A stretch of DNA of 64,000 nucleotides, from positions 58,302 through 122,301 of the forward strand of contig SVRN01000001.1 of the NCBI GenBank assembly GCA_015064805.1, read 5' to 3'. Below are positions 6,939 through 16,752 of this stretch, piece after piece. The stretch comes from Oscillospiraceae bacterium (GTDB lineage: Bacteria; Bacillota; Clostridia; Oscillospirales; CAG-272). The position numbers and the translations under genes were made by a program. The notes under the pieces are model-generated. The model worked only from the letters and a program-made list of their open reading frames with translations, was not told where the DNA came from and ran no database searches. Within the stretch, counting starts at the first letter, position 1, and each line of letters begins with the position of its first letter.

Positions 6939-8549
6939 ATGAAACTATTTTTGGATTATCTTTCGCAAAATCCCCTTTTGGCGATTTGTATTTGCCTGGC
7001 ACTGGGCTATTGTATCGGATTTCTGAAGATCCGCACCTTTACGCTCGGCGCAACGATCGGCACTTTGCTGGTCGGTTTTGTCTTGAGCCGCTTTACTTCC
7101 TTCACCATACCCGGTATTTTAGTGACGCTGTTCTCGTTGTTCTTCTGCTTTACCCTGGGATATGAGGCCGGGCCGGCGTTCTTTAAAAGCCTGAAATCAA
7201 ACGGTATAAAATTCATTATACAATCAGCCTTTTTCTGCGTTGCGGCCTTTGCTTTTCTGTACGTGCTGGATCTGACCGGCGTTCTGGATCGAGACACCAT
7301 TATCGGTATGGCGGCCGGCGCCCTGACGCAGACCTCAATACTGACCGTGGCAGAGGGCTTAGGGGATATGGCCTCCATTACCTATGCGGTTACCTACATC
7401 ACGGGTACGCTGTTTGCCATTCTTTTTGCCTCGGTCATCGGGCCGAAGCTGCTTCGCACCTCGCCCATTCTGGCGGCAAAGCATAAGATCGATAAGACCA
7501 AGGCTGTGAACGTTGCCACGGATGAGCTTGACGACGTAAGAATCGCCCCCGTTTTCCCCAGAGCCTTTGTGATGGAAGAGGGATCGAAATATCTTGGCAA
7601 AAGCATAGAGGAGCTCGAAGATGATTTTGAGCACTCGTTGGAGGTAGTCAAGGTGTTCCGCAAGGACAAGGAGATTGCTCCGGCGCAGGATCTTGTCGTA
7701 CAGCAGGGCGACGTTCTGACGATCATCAGCCCCATTCAGCAAATGATCGCGTTTGACGATGAATTTGCTCGTGAGGTGAGTGATAAAAAATACGTATCTC
7801 TTGAACTGTCGACGAAAGAAATTATCGTGACGGAAACGATGGATCGCTCTGCGGTGGATTTCCTGAGTGCGAGCGGCGTGGTGCTTCACACCATCACATC
7901 GGCCAAGGGAAAGAAGCTGGCTGTCACCGACGAGGTTACCTTGTCCAAGGGAATGATATTTAAGGTTTCCGGTGTTGAGGCCTCAATCAAAAAGGTTGCA
8001 CAGCAGATCGGTTATATCAAGGAAGTGGGAAGCGTCACGGACGTTCCGCTCGTGTTTGCTGCGCTGGCTCTTTCCGTTGTGTTCGGTGCGCTGAAGATTG
8101 CCGGCTTTGGTCTTGGCGACAGCACGTGCGCGCTGATCCTTGGTTTGGTTTGCGGATGGTTCCACAACAAGAACCCCAAATATGGAAAATTCCCGGAAAG
8201 TGCCAGATGGTTTTTGAAGAGCATTGGTCTGAATCTGTTTATTGCCGTCAAAGCGTTGACAACGGGGCTTTTCAAACTGGATCTTCAAATGCTCATGATC
8301 CTCGGCATCGGCATTGCCGCAACCCTGGTCCCGCACATTATCACACTGCTGTTCAGTAAGCACGTTTTGAAAATGGACGACGCGGACGTTCTGGGCGGTC
8401 AGTGTGGCAGCGGCACGTGTACCGCGGCCTTGAACTCCCTGATCGATTCTGCCGGAAGCTCGGTCTTTACGGCCAGCTACGCAACGACAAACGCCGTGGC
8501 CAATATTCTTTTGACCGCTCTTGGCATTGTTCTGTCGGCGGTATTGTAA
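6939..8549 (+). CDS. AAE-family (AspT/YidE/YbjL-like) transporter with two central TrkA-C/RCK_C-like domains
   Basis: The protein starts MKLFLDYLSQNPLLAICICLALGYCIGFLKI. It has duplicated membrane halves around a soluble middle region (EGSKYLGKSIEELE...VKVFR...GDVLTI). The start was moved to the ATG at 6939, which follows a GAGGAGAG RBS; the track start at 6849 lies inside the promoter. Confidence 0.75.
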   Translation: MKLFLDYLSQNPLLAICICLALGYCIGFLKIRTFTLGATIGTLLVGFVLSRFTSFTIPGILVTLFSLFFCFTLGYEAGPAFFKSLKSNGIKFIIQSAFFCVAAFAFLYVLDLTGVLDRDTIIGMAAGALTQTSILTVAEGLGDMASITYAVTYITGTLFAILFASVIGPKLLRTSPILAAKHKIDKTKAVNVATDELDDVRIAPVFPRAFVMEEGSKYLGKSIEELEDDFEHSLEVVKVFRKDKEIAPAQDLVVQQGDVLTIISPIQQMIAFDDEFAREVSDKKYVSLELSTKEIIVTETMDRSAVDFLSASGVVLHTITSAKGKKLAVTDEVTLSKGMIFKVSGVEASIKKVAQQIGYIKEVGSVTDVPLVFAALALSVVFGALKIAGFGLGDSTCALILGLVCGWFHNKNPKYGKFPESARWFLKSIGLNLFIAVKALTTGLFKLDLQMLMILGIGIAATLVPHIITLLFSKHVLKMDDADVLGGQCGSGTCTAALNSLIDSAGSSVFTASYATTNAVANILLTALGIVLSAVL

Positions 8550-8562
8550 CCGATCTACATTC

Positions 8563-8597
8563 AAAGAGATCCCCCCGTGTGACGGGGGGATCTCTTT
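8563..8597. terminator. Strong hairpin after the transporter gene
   Basis: AAAGAGATCCCCCC gtgtgac GGGGGGATCTCTTT forms a 14-bp perfect stem. No clear U-tract follows on either strand. Confidence 0.5.
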
Positions 8598-8631
8598 GCT
8601 TGAAAAAGAGCGGATTTTTCTTTGCCCAAAC

Positions 8632-8660
8632 TTGACACTCTACTTCCTGCGTGATATAAT
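8632..8660 (+). promoter_or_regulatory. Consensus sigma-A promoter
   Basis: TTGACA (8632-8637), 17 nt, TGa-TATAAT (8655-8660). Confidence 0.55.
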
Positions 8661-8697
8661 AACCATATCACATTACTGTAAATAAGGGGAACTGCAA

Positions 8698-9489
8698 ATG
8701 AACGAACTGACCGTACTGGAACGCATTCGCGAAGAAATGGAAACGTTGCCGGGTCATCTTGGCTTTTACTATAAAAATCTCGTGACGGGAGTTGAATTCG
8801 GCATCCGCGAGAATGAGATCTACGGGGCGGCAAGTATCATCAAGTTCCCGCTGTTTCTTCATATTCTGGCCGAGTGCGACAAGGGGAATATGTCGCTTGA
8901 CGACCGCCTTGTGACCGAGGAATCGGACAAGGTTCCCAGTTGCGGTGCTTTAAATATGTTCACGGGCGCGGTTGAGACCGACATCCGTACGCTGTGCCGC
9001 TTGATGATCTGCATCAGCGACAACACCGCCACCAACCGCCTGATCCGTCATTGCGGCTTTGAGGCCATCGAACAGGGCTTTGCCGAGATGGGATTGGATC
9101 AGACGAGGATCCGCCGTTTGCTGTTTGACGCAAGCGCCAACGCCAAGGGCATCCGCAACTCCATCAGCCCGGGTGAGCTGGGGCGGCTGCTTGAGAAGCT
9201 GTATCGCGGTGAATTTGTCAGCAGGGAAGTCAGCGACTACGCCATCGAGGTGCTCACCGAGCAGCAGATCGGCCACAAACTGGGCGGCAAGTTGGGGGAG
9301 GACGTGCTCATTGCCCATAAGACGGGCGAGGACACCAATCTCAGCAACGACATCGGCATCGTTTACGCCGACAAGCCCTTCGTCGTCTGCTTCACGGGTC
9401 ATCAGACGGACGTTTATCGTTGGGAGGATCTGATGCGCCGCGGCGCTTACGATCTCTATCAGGCGAACGCCCTGCCATCAGAAGAGTAA
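8698..9489 (+). CDS. Class A beta-lactamase-related serine hydrolase
   Basis: The motifs are S-x-x-K (AASIIKF), SDN (ISDNTATN) and KTG (HKTGED), with the order and spacing typical of class A enzymes. An AAGGGGA RBS precedes the start. Confidence 0.8.
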   Translation: MNELTVLERIREEMETLPGHLGFYYKNLVTGVEFGIRENEIYGAASIIKFPLFLHILAECDKGNMSLDDRLVTEESDKVPSCGALNMFTGAVETDIRTLCRLMICISDNTATNRLIRHCGFEAIEQGFAEMGLDQTRIRRLLFDASANAKGIRNSISPGELGRLLEKLYRGEFVSREVSDYAIEVLTEQQIGHKLGGKLGEDVLIAHKTGEDTNLSNDIGIVYADKPFVVCFTGHQTDVYRWEDLMRRGAYDLYQANALPSEE

Positions 9490-9502
9490 TGAGGTGAACA
9501 AT

Positions 9503-10726
9503 ATGATCATAGAACCGCGTATCAAGGCCTTTGAGGCTATGGGGCTGGGGCTGTTCGTGCATTTTGGATTGTATAGCGTTCTCGGCCGAGGCGAGTGGGT
9601 CAAGCACCACGAGCGCATGCCAAACGAGCAATACGAGGCGCTGACGAAGACGTTCGATCCTGCCAAGGATTGGGCGACGCGCCTGGTCGGCACGGCCAAA
9701 AGAGCAGGGTGCCGCTATATTACCCTGACGGCGCGCCATCACGACGGCTTTTCGCTGTACGACACCTGCGGATTGAACGATTACGACGCGGTGCACGCCG
9801 CTTGCGGCCGCGACCTGGTCGCGGAGTTCGTGCAGGCGTGCCGTGCCGAGGGGATTTTGCCCTTTTTCTACCATACGCTGCTGGATTGGCGCGAGAAAAG
9901 CTATCGGGAAAATTTCCCCGAATATCTGGACTATCTGCGAAAGAGCATTGAGATTTTATGCACGCGCTACGGTAAGATCGGCGGCATCTGGTTTGACGGC
10001 AAATGGGACAAGCCGGACGAGGATTGGCAGGAGGACGCGCTGTACTCTCTGATCCGCAAGCATCAGCCCGATGCCATCATTATCAACAACACGGGGCTTG
10101 GCGCACGTGGACAGCTGGGGCATATCGAGCTTGACAGCGTGACCTTTGAGCGCGGTCGCCCGGGACCGATCAATTTGTCCGACTCGCCCAAATATATCGC
10201 CAGCGAGATGTGCCAGACCATGGGGGATACCTGGGGCTACGGCGCGAACGACCTCAACTATAAATCTCCCGCGGAGCTGATAGGCGACCTTTGCGTCTGC
10301 CGTCGATGCGGCTCGAATTTACTGCTCAACGTCGGCCCGCGCGGCGACGGCACGCTCCGCCCGCTGGACGGCGAGCTGCTTGGTTGTATCGGCCGCTGGG
10401 TCGAATCGTACGGTGAGGCGATCCACGCCCCTCGCCCGACTGATATCGTGGTGGAGGACAAGCCGCAGGACTTCGTTTTGCGCGACGGAGCGGACTATTA
10501 TCTTTTCTGTCACGGACTTGGCATGTCGGGTGACGGCAACGTCGCCGTTGCCAAGGAGCAATGCAATAGCCGCTTTGCGCTGAATGTGCCCGTCAAGCGC
10601 GTCGTCTGGATGGACAACGGGCAGAACGCGGCCTTTGAACAGGCAGACGGCAAGGTCAGCGTGCGGACGACGCTGTTTCCATACGGCACCAATCTGGTCG
10701 TCCGCGTGGCAAAAATCGAAACGTAA
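9503..10726 (+). CDS. Alpha-L-fucosidase, GH29
   Basis: GLGLFVHFGLYSVLGRGEW...YITLTARHHDGFSLYDT is the GH29 signature region. The ATG at 9503 was chosen because it lies 6 nt after a GAGGTG RBS; the track GTG at 9494 overlaps that RBS. Confidence 0.85.
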   Translation: MIIEPRIKAFEAMGLGLFVHFGLYSVLGRGEWVKHHERMPNEQYEALTKTFDPAKDWATRLVGTAKRAGCRYITLTARHHDGFSLYDTCGLNDYDAVHAACGRDLVAEFVQACRAEGILPFFYHTLLDWREKSYRENFPEYLDYLRKSIEILCTRYGKIGGIWFDGKWDKPDEDWQEDALYSLIRKHQPDAIIINNTGLGARGQLGHIELDSVTFERGRPGPINLSDSPKYIASEMCQTMGDTWGYGANDLNYKSPAELIGDLCVCRRCGSNLLLNVGPRGDGTLRPLDGELLGCIGRWVESYGEAIHAPRPTDIVVEDKPQDFVLRDGADYYLFCHGLGMSGDGNVAVAKEQCNSRFALNVPVKRVVWMDNGQNAAFEQADGKVSVRTTLFPYGTNLVVRVAKIET

Positions 10727-10777
10727 CGGGCGGTCGTGCGACGATCGCAACATAAATATCGAAAGGAACGATGAAAA

Positions 10778-12007
10778 ATGAAAGCAGAATTGATTGAAAG
10801 AATCTTTGCGGATACCGCGTACGTACGCATGGGAGGCAGTGAGGAGGAGCTTCGCACGGCCGAGTATTTGCAGGGTGTGTGCCGCGAGCTGGGGCTGGAT
10901 GCGCGTCTTGAGGCCTTTGAGGTCGATATGGCAACGGTCAACGAGGCAAAGCTGACGATCGACGGCCGCGAGATCCCCTGCAAGGGCTATCTTTGCGCAG
11001 GCTCGGGCGAGGTCGAGGCCCCCTTATACTATCTGACCGAGGGCGATAACAGATACACCCTCTCTCTTTGCCGCGGCAAGATCGTGATCATGGACGGTTA
11101 TCTCGGCTATTGGAGATACCGCGATCTGATCGACAACGGCGCGCTCGGCTTTATCACCTACGACGGCAACGTCAACTACGCCGACCGTGATATCGACCAC
11201 CGCGAGCTTCGCTCCTACGTATCGAACGGCGACAAGATCCCCGGCGTCAATATCAACGCCAAGGATGCGGTTGAGATCATCAACAGCGGTGCCAAGACGG
11301 CCAGAATTACGCTTGCACAGAATGAGTATAAGGGCAACTCGCATAACGTCATCGTTGATCTCGCGGGTGAGACGGACGAGATGATCGTCTTCACCGCCCA
11401 TTACGATACCACCTCGCTCTCGCAGGGTGCGTACGACAATATGTCGGGCTGTATTGGTCTTGTCGGCATGGCAGAGTATTTTGCACAGCATCCCCATCGC
11501 TACAGCCTGCGCTTCATTTTCTGTGGCAGTGAGGAGCGCGGTCTGCTCGGCTCCAAGGCCTATTGCGCCGCCCACGAGGAGGAGCTTTCCCGCATCGCGT
11601 TGGTCATCAATCTGGATATGATCGGCTGTATCATGGGCAAGTTCATCGCCTGCGCGACGAGTGAGATGGCGCTGGTGAATTATATTACCTACATGGGCTA
11701 CGAGATGGGCTTCCAGATCAAGCCTTATCAGGACGTATATTCCAGCGATTCGACGCCCTTTGCCGACAAGGGCGTGCCTGCCGTTTCCTTCGCTCGCATC
11801 GCAGGACGCGATCTGGCCCCCATTCACAACAGCTACGATACCGCCGTCGTCATGAAGACGGAGCATATGCAAAAGGATATCGATTTTATCACGGCGTTTG
11901 CCGATCGCATGGCCAACGCGGCTTGCTGCCCCGTGGCGCGTGAGATCCCCGACAACGTCAAGGAAAAGCTGGACGAATATCTTTGCAGAAAGCGCAAGAA
12001 GCAGTAA
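10778..12007 (+). CDS. M28-family metallopeptidase (aminopeptidase)
   Basis: FTAHYDT...AYDNMSGCIGL...FIFCGSEERGLLGSKAY...NLDMIG are the M28 zinc-ligand blocks. Confidence 0.8.
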   Translation: MKAELIERIFADTAYVRMGGSEEELRTAEYLQGVCRELGLDARLEAFEVDMATVNEAKLTIDGREIPCKGYLCAGSGEVEAPLYYLTEGDNRYTLSLCRGKIVIMDGYLGYWRYRDLIDNGALGFITYDGNVNYADRDIDHRELRSYVSNGDKIPGVNINAKDAVEIINSGAKTARITLAQNEYKGNSHNVIVDLAGETDEMIVFTAHYDTTSLSQGAYDNMSGCIGLVGMAEYFAQHPHRYSLRFIFCGSEERGLLGSKAYCAAHEEELSRIALVINLDMIGCIMGKFIACATSEMALVNYITYMGYEMGFQIKPYQDVYSSDSTPFADKGVPAVSFARIAGRDLAPIHNSYDTAVVMKTEHMQKDIDFITAFADRMANAACCPVAREIPDNVKEKLDEYLCRKRKKQ

Positions 12008-12042
12008 GAAGCATTGTTTGTTACAAAGGAGGGAAGAGCTTG

Positions 12043-13014
12043 ATGCGTGCGCTACGCTTGATTGCGCTGATACTGGCGGCCTTGTGCTGTATCATTCCGC
12101 TGTCTGCCTGCCGAAAGGGTCCGGCAGAGGAGGACGCCCCCGTCTATCTTGAGATGAATACCGACTACCCCACGCCCGATTCGCTTCCGGACGGTCAGGG
12201 AAAGAGAGTCAAGGTCATTCTTTTGCTCGGGCAGAGCAACGCGACGGGATGCTCGATCAACGAATATCTCAAAAAGGGATTGGACGAGCGGCAATACGAA
12301 CGATACGCGGCGGGATTTGAGTCGGTGCTGATCAACTACTGTCTGGACGATCATAACGCGACCTCCGATGGTGCGTTTGTCAAGGTAGACTTGACCTGCG
12401 GCGCGACGGACGGCTTTTTCGGGCCCGAGGTAGGCATGGCAGAGGTGCTGTCGGCCGCCTATCCCGATGAGACGGTCATGATCATCAAATACACCATGTC
12501 GGGCTATTCGCTTCACCATCATTGGCTCCGCCAAGGGGAACGGGGGTCGATATACGACGCGTTTTTGTCCTTTGCCAAGCTGCATATGGACTATCTTTTG
12601 AGTAAGAATTACGACGCGAGAATCGGTGCGATCTGCTGGATGCAGGGTGAATCGGATACGACCGACTTCAAGGCGTCGCACTATTACGACAATCAGACGG
12701 CCTTCGTATCCTATCTCCGCGAGGACTTGGCGCCTTATGCAGAGGAGGGAGGCATCTACTTTATCGATGCCGGTATCTCCAACAGCCCCTACTGTGAGCC
12801 TGCTTATCCTGCCATCAATGAGGCCAAAGTGCGATTTTCTGCCGATTCGCCGCAAAATCTGTATTTTTCGACCATCGACGCCGGATTTACGGTGCATCTG
12901 GAGCCCATCGGAGACCCTGATTGGGGACATTACGATGCGCTCAGCGAGTTGCGTCTCGGACAGATGTTTGGACACTATATCGTGCAGTCGTATCAGATGA
13001 GGACCAACGAATAA
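12043..13014 (+). CDS. SASA/DUF303-type carbohydrate (sialate) O-acetylesterase, lipoprotein
   Basis: The protein has an LLLGQSNATG catalytic-Ser block. Its signal peptide carries the lipobox LSAC (MRALRLIALILAALCCIIPLSAC). The start was set at the ATG at 12043, which follows an AAAGGAGGG RBS. Confidence 0.75.
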   Translation: MRALRLIALILAALCCIIPLSACRKGPAEEDAPVYLEMNTDYPTPDSLPDGQGKRVKVILLLGQSNATGCSINEYLKKGLDERQYERYAAGFESVLINYCLDDHNATSDGAFVKVDLTCGATDGFFGPEVGMAEVLSAAYPDETVMIIKYTMSGYSLHHHWLRQGERGSIYDAFLSFAKLHMDYLLSKNYDARIGAICWMQGESDTTDFKASHYYDNQTAFVSYLREDLAPYAEEGGIYFIDAGISNSPYCEPAYPAINEAKVRFSADSPQNLYFSTIDAGFTVHLEPIGDPDWGHYDALSELRLGQMFGHYIVQSYQMRTNE

Positions 13015-13069
13015 AGCGGCGCAGACGGTCGACTGTGGCTTGGTCTTCATCTTGAAATAATGACAGAAT

Positions 13070-13092
13070 CAAACGTTCAAAAGGGCGCCAAT
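13070..13092 (+). terminator. Rho-independent terminator
   Basis: AAAGGGCGC caat GCGCCCTTTT. Confidence 0.6.
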
Positions 13093-13206
13093 GCGCCCTT
13101 TTGGGCGTTTGGGGGCAAAAAACAGAATTTGTTACAAATTTCACAAATTCGGGCAAAATTTTCTTCTCTTGCCGTACAAAAAGACGAATAATCGTGCGGC
13201 AAAGCA

Positions 13207-13235
13207 TTGACAAAGCAACGGAAATGTTATATAAT
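13207..13235 (+). promoter_or_regulatory. Consensus sigma-A promoter of the rnf operon
   Basis: TTGACA (13207-13212), 17 nt, TATAAT (13230-13235). Confidence 0.55.
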
Positions 13236-13343
13236 TAGTGTGTTATATTAGGTGTGTACCAAGGAAGACTTGCGATTTTTTCGTTAAGTCTTGCTTTTGT
13301 TGCTGGGCAACTTTACACATAAATGCAGAAAGGTAGTTGAACT

Positions 13344-14660
13344 ATGGCTTTTTCTCTTCACGGGGTTCACGTACCCCATAGAAAGCATACGCAAGACCTG
13401 CCCGCCGCCCGTATGGCCCCTCCAAGCACGGTGACCATTCCCATGTCTATGCACATCGGCGCTCCTGCTCGCCCCGTCGTCAAGGCGGGCGACCTTGTCA
13501 AGGTTGGTACGCTGATTGCCGAGGCAGGTGGCGTGGTATCCTCGCCCATTTACGCCAGCGTATCGGGTAAGGTGACCAAGCTTCCCAATATTTTACTGTC
13601 CAACGGAACGACGGTGCCAGCGGTGGTCATTGAGTCCGACGGCGAAATGACACCCGACGAAACGCTGACGCCCCCCGTCGTGGATTCGCGCGATAGCTTC
13701 ATCGAGGCCGTCCGCGCAAGCGGTGTCGTCGGCCTTGGCGGCGCGGGATTCCCGACGCACGTTAAGCTCAACGTCGATCCTGCCCGTATCGAATATCTGA
13801 TCGTCAACGGCACCGAGTGCGAGCCTTACATCACGAGCGATACCTATACCATGAACGAGCGCCGCGAGGATATGGCCTATGCGATCGAGGCACTCAAGGC
13901 GCATCTCGGCATCAAGAATATCATCATCGGCGTTGAATCCAATAAAAAGAAAGCGATCGCAAGCATGATGCAGCTCATGAACGAAACGTGCAAGGGCTGT
14001 ACCGTCAGCGTCAAGGTGCTTCCTTCCATCTACCCGCAGGGCGGTGAGAAGGTGCTGATCTACCACGCGACGGGACGCGTCGTGCCCGTGGGTAAATTGC
14101 CCATCGACGTCGGCTGTATCGTGATCAACTGCACGACGCTTGCCGCCATCGGCACCTATCTCAAGACGGGCATGCCGCTGGTCGAAAAATGCGTGACGGT
14201 AGACGGCGGCGCGATCAAGAACGCCCAGAACGTCATCGTTCCCATCGGCACGTCGATTTCTGATCTGTTTGAATTTTGCGGCGGCCTGACCGTCGAGCCC
14301 GCCAAGGTGCTTTACGGCGGCCCCATGATGGGTATTTCGATCCCCGACGTGAGCCTGCCCGTCATGAAGAACACCAACGCGGTGCTGGCACTGACAAAAA
14401 AGGAAGCGGCGCTTCCCAAGACGACTGCCTGCATCCGTTGCGGCTCCTGCACCAACACCTGTCCCTTCGGTCTGGCCCCCGCGATGTTCGCTAAGGCCTA
14501 CGAAAAGAAGGACGCGGTCATGCTCGAGGAGTTGGGCATCAACGCTTGTATGGAATGTGGCTGCTGCAGCTACGTTTGCCCCGCAAACCGTCCCTTGGTA
14601 CAGACCAATAAGCTCGCCAAGATTTTGGTGAGAGAAGAAAAAGCAAAGGAGGACAAGTGA
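13344..14660 (+). CDS. rnfC: Rnf complex subunit C
   Basis: GLGGAGFPTHVKL and two C-terminal CxxCxxCxxxCP ferredoxin motifs. It is the first gene of the rnfCDGEAB order. Confidence 0.9.
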   Translation: MAFSLHGVHVPHRKHTQDLPAARMAPPSTVTIPMSMHIGAPARPVVKAGDLVKVGTLIAEAGGVVSSPIYASVSGKVTKLPNILLSNGTTVPAVVIESDGEMTPDETLTPPVVDSRDSFIEAVRASGVVGLGGAGFPTHVKLNVDPARIEYLIVNGTECEPYITSDTYTMNERREDMAYAIEALKAHLGIKNIIIGVESNKKKAIASMMQLMNETCKGCTVSVKVLPSIYPQGGEKVLIYHATGRVVPVGKLPIDVGCIVINCTTLAAIGTYLKTGMPLVEKCVTVDGGAIKNAQNVIVPIGTSISDLFEFCGGLTVEPAKVLYGGPMMGISIPDVSLPVMKNTNAVLALTKKEAALPKTTACIRCGSCTNTCPFGLAPAMFAKAYEKKDAVMLEELGINACMECGCCSYVCPANRPLVQTNKLAKILVREEKAKEDK

Positions 14661-14662
14661 GT

Positions 14663-15598
14663 ATGAATCATCAATTGAAGCTCTCGGTTTCTCCTCATAT
14701 CCATAGCGGACGCTCGACGGCGGGCATCATGCGCGACGTGCTGATCGCGCTGGCACCTGCAACGATCGCGGGTGTGGTCATTTTCGGCTGGCGCGCGCTG
14801 TTGGTCGTGGCCATCTGTGTTGCTTCCAGCGTCGGCTTTGAAGCACTTTACAATCTGATCGTCAAGCGCGAGCAGACGGTCGGCGATCTCAGCGCCGCCG
14901 TGACGGGGCTATTGCTGGCACTCAACCTGCCTGCCAACGTTCCGCTCTGGCAATGCGTCGTCGGCTCGCTGTTTGCCATTATCGTTGTCAAGGCACTCTT
15001 CGGCGGCATTGGCTGTAACCTCGTTAACCCCGCCATTACGGCTCGCGTCTTTATGCTGATCGCCTTCGGCTCGATGGCAACGCAGGCTTATCCCACGATT
15101 GTGGATACCGTATCGGGTGCAACGCCTCTGGCGCAGATCATGCAGGGCTCGACGCCCTCTCTGACCGATCTTTTGCTGGGTCTGCACGGTGGCTCCATCG
15201 GTGAGACCTGCTCGGTAGCTCTGCTGCTTGGCGGTGCGTATCTGCTCATCCGCCGCGTCATCAGCTGGCATCTGCCCGTTGCCTTTGTCGGAACGACCTT
15301 CCTGTTCTCCTTCTTTATGGGCGGCATGGACGCGATGTACGCGCTGTCGATGGTACTGTCGGGCGGTCTTCTGATCGCGGCCTTCTTCATGGCGACCGAC
15401 TACGTCACCTCGCCCGCAACGGCCTGGGGCAAGATCATCTTTGGCGTTGGCGCGGGTCTGATCACCTGCATGATCCGCTATTTCGGTATATATCCCGAGG
15501 GTGTTTCGTTTGCCATTCTGCTGATGAACATTCTGACGCCCTACATCGACTCCTGGACGAAGCATAAAGTGTTTGGCAGAGGAGGGAAGAGAGCATGA
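14663..15598 (+). CDS. rnfD: Rnf complex subunit D
   Basis: This is a polytopic membrane protein with a GATPL motif and the FMATDYVTSP flavinylation-site region. The ATG at 14663 lies 10 nt after GGAGG; the track GTG at 14657 lies only 4 nt after it. Confidence 0.85.
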   Translation: MNHQLKLSVSPHIHSGRSTAGIMRDVLIALAPATIAGVVIFGWRALLVVAICVASSVGFEALYNLIVKREQTVGDLSAAVTGLLLALNLPANVPLWQCVVGSLFAIIVVKALFGGIGCNLVNPAITARVFMLIAFGSMATQAYPTIVDTVSGATPLAQIMQGSTPSLTDLLLGLHGGSIGETCSVALLLGGAYLLIRRVISWHLPVAFVGTTFLFSFFMGGMDAMYALSMVLSGGLLIAAFFMATDYVTSPATAWGKIIFGVGAGLITCMIRYFGIYPEGVSFAILLMNILTPYIDSWTKHKVFGRGGKRA

Positions 15599-16752
15599 AG
15601 CAATCGATAAAAAGCACGCTGGTGCTGTTCCTTATCTGTGCCGTTATGGCCGTTCTTCTGGCGCTGACCAACGCATTCACCGCACCGAAGATTCAAGCGA
15701 ATCTTGAGGCGGCCGCCAACGAGGCGCTCCTGGTCGTCATGCCTGAGGGCAAGGATTTCAAAAAGATGGATCTGTCCTCCTACACGCTTCCTGCCACGGT
15801 TACCGAGGCGTATAGCGAAGCAGGCGGCGGCTACGTTATTACGATCACCACGTCGGGCTACGGCTCGAACTTCATTATCATGTGCGGCGTTTCCGCTGAC
15901 GGTAAGGTGACGGGCACTACCTGCCTGTCCTCCTCCGAAACGCTGGGACATGAAAAGACCTATGGTGCGAACTTCATCGGCAAGGACGCGGCAGGTGTGG
16001 ACGGTGTGGATACCATCTCGGGTGCCACCAAGACCACGGCCGCGTATAAGAGCGCGATGAAGGACGCTATCAACGCCGCTATCATCCTCGGCGGTGGCTC
16101 AGTCGATATCCGTACCGAGGAGGAGATCCTCGCGGAAAATCTGGCAACCGCACTGCCCGAGGGCAACGGCGAGTTCACCAAGCTGTTCATCGTTGAGGTC
16201 ATCGAGGGCATCGATGCGGTCTATAACGCCAACAACGCCGCAGGCTACGTTTACGTGATCGGCGAGCAGTTTATCGGCGTTCCTGCAGGCACGACGCCCG
16301 AAAACGCGACCGTCGCGACGGCTCACGCTATCCTGACGGCCACGACGACCACCGAGGTCGATCTGAGTGCGTACGAGGGTCTGCCGTCGGCGCTCATTTC
16401 CGCAAGCAAGACGCAAACGGGCAACTATATTCTCAACCTGAAGGGTGCCGGCTACGGCATCAACGGCGGTAACGAATATCATCCTGCCTCGGGCGAGTAC
16501 ATCTACATTCGCGTATCCATGACGCCGGACGGTAAGATCATTGACTGCCTGACCTACGCGCAGAGCGAGACGCCCAACATCGGCTCGGCTTGTGCCGATG
16601 AAAAATTCTATTCGCAGTTCGTCGGTAAAACCGAGGAAACATATGATAATATCGACGCCATCGCAGGCGCGACCCTGACGACCGACGGCTACAAGAAAGC
16701 AATTTTGCGTGCGTTTGAATCGGTCAAAATTCTGGAAGGAGGTGCAAAGTAA
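15595..16752 (+). CDS. rnfG: Rnf complex subunit G, unusually long (385 aa) with two FMN-binding modules
   Basis: It has an N-terminal membrane anchor and two motifs, DTISGATKTT and DAIAGATLTT. An ATGA overlap joins it to rnfD. Confidence 0.85.
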   Translation: MKQSIKSTLVLFLICAVMAVLLALTNAFTAPKIQANLEAAANEALLVVMPEGKDFKKMDLSSYTLPATVTEAYSEAGGGYVITITTSGYGSNFIIMCGVSADGKVTGTTCLSSSETLGHEKTYGANFIGKDAAGVDGVDTISGATKTTAAYKSAMKDAINAAIILGGGSVDIRTEEEILAENLATALPEGNGEFTKLFIVEVIEGIDAVYNANNAAGYVYVIGEQFIGVPAGTTPENATVATAHAILTATTTTEVDLSAYEGLPSALISASKTQTGNYILNLKGAGYGINGGNEYHPASGEYIYIRVSMTPDGKIIDCLTYAQSETPNIGSACADEKFYSQFVGKTEETYDNIDAIAGATLTTDGYKKAILRAFESVKILEGGAK

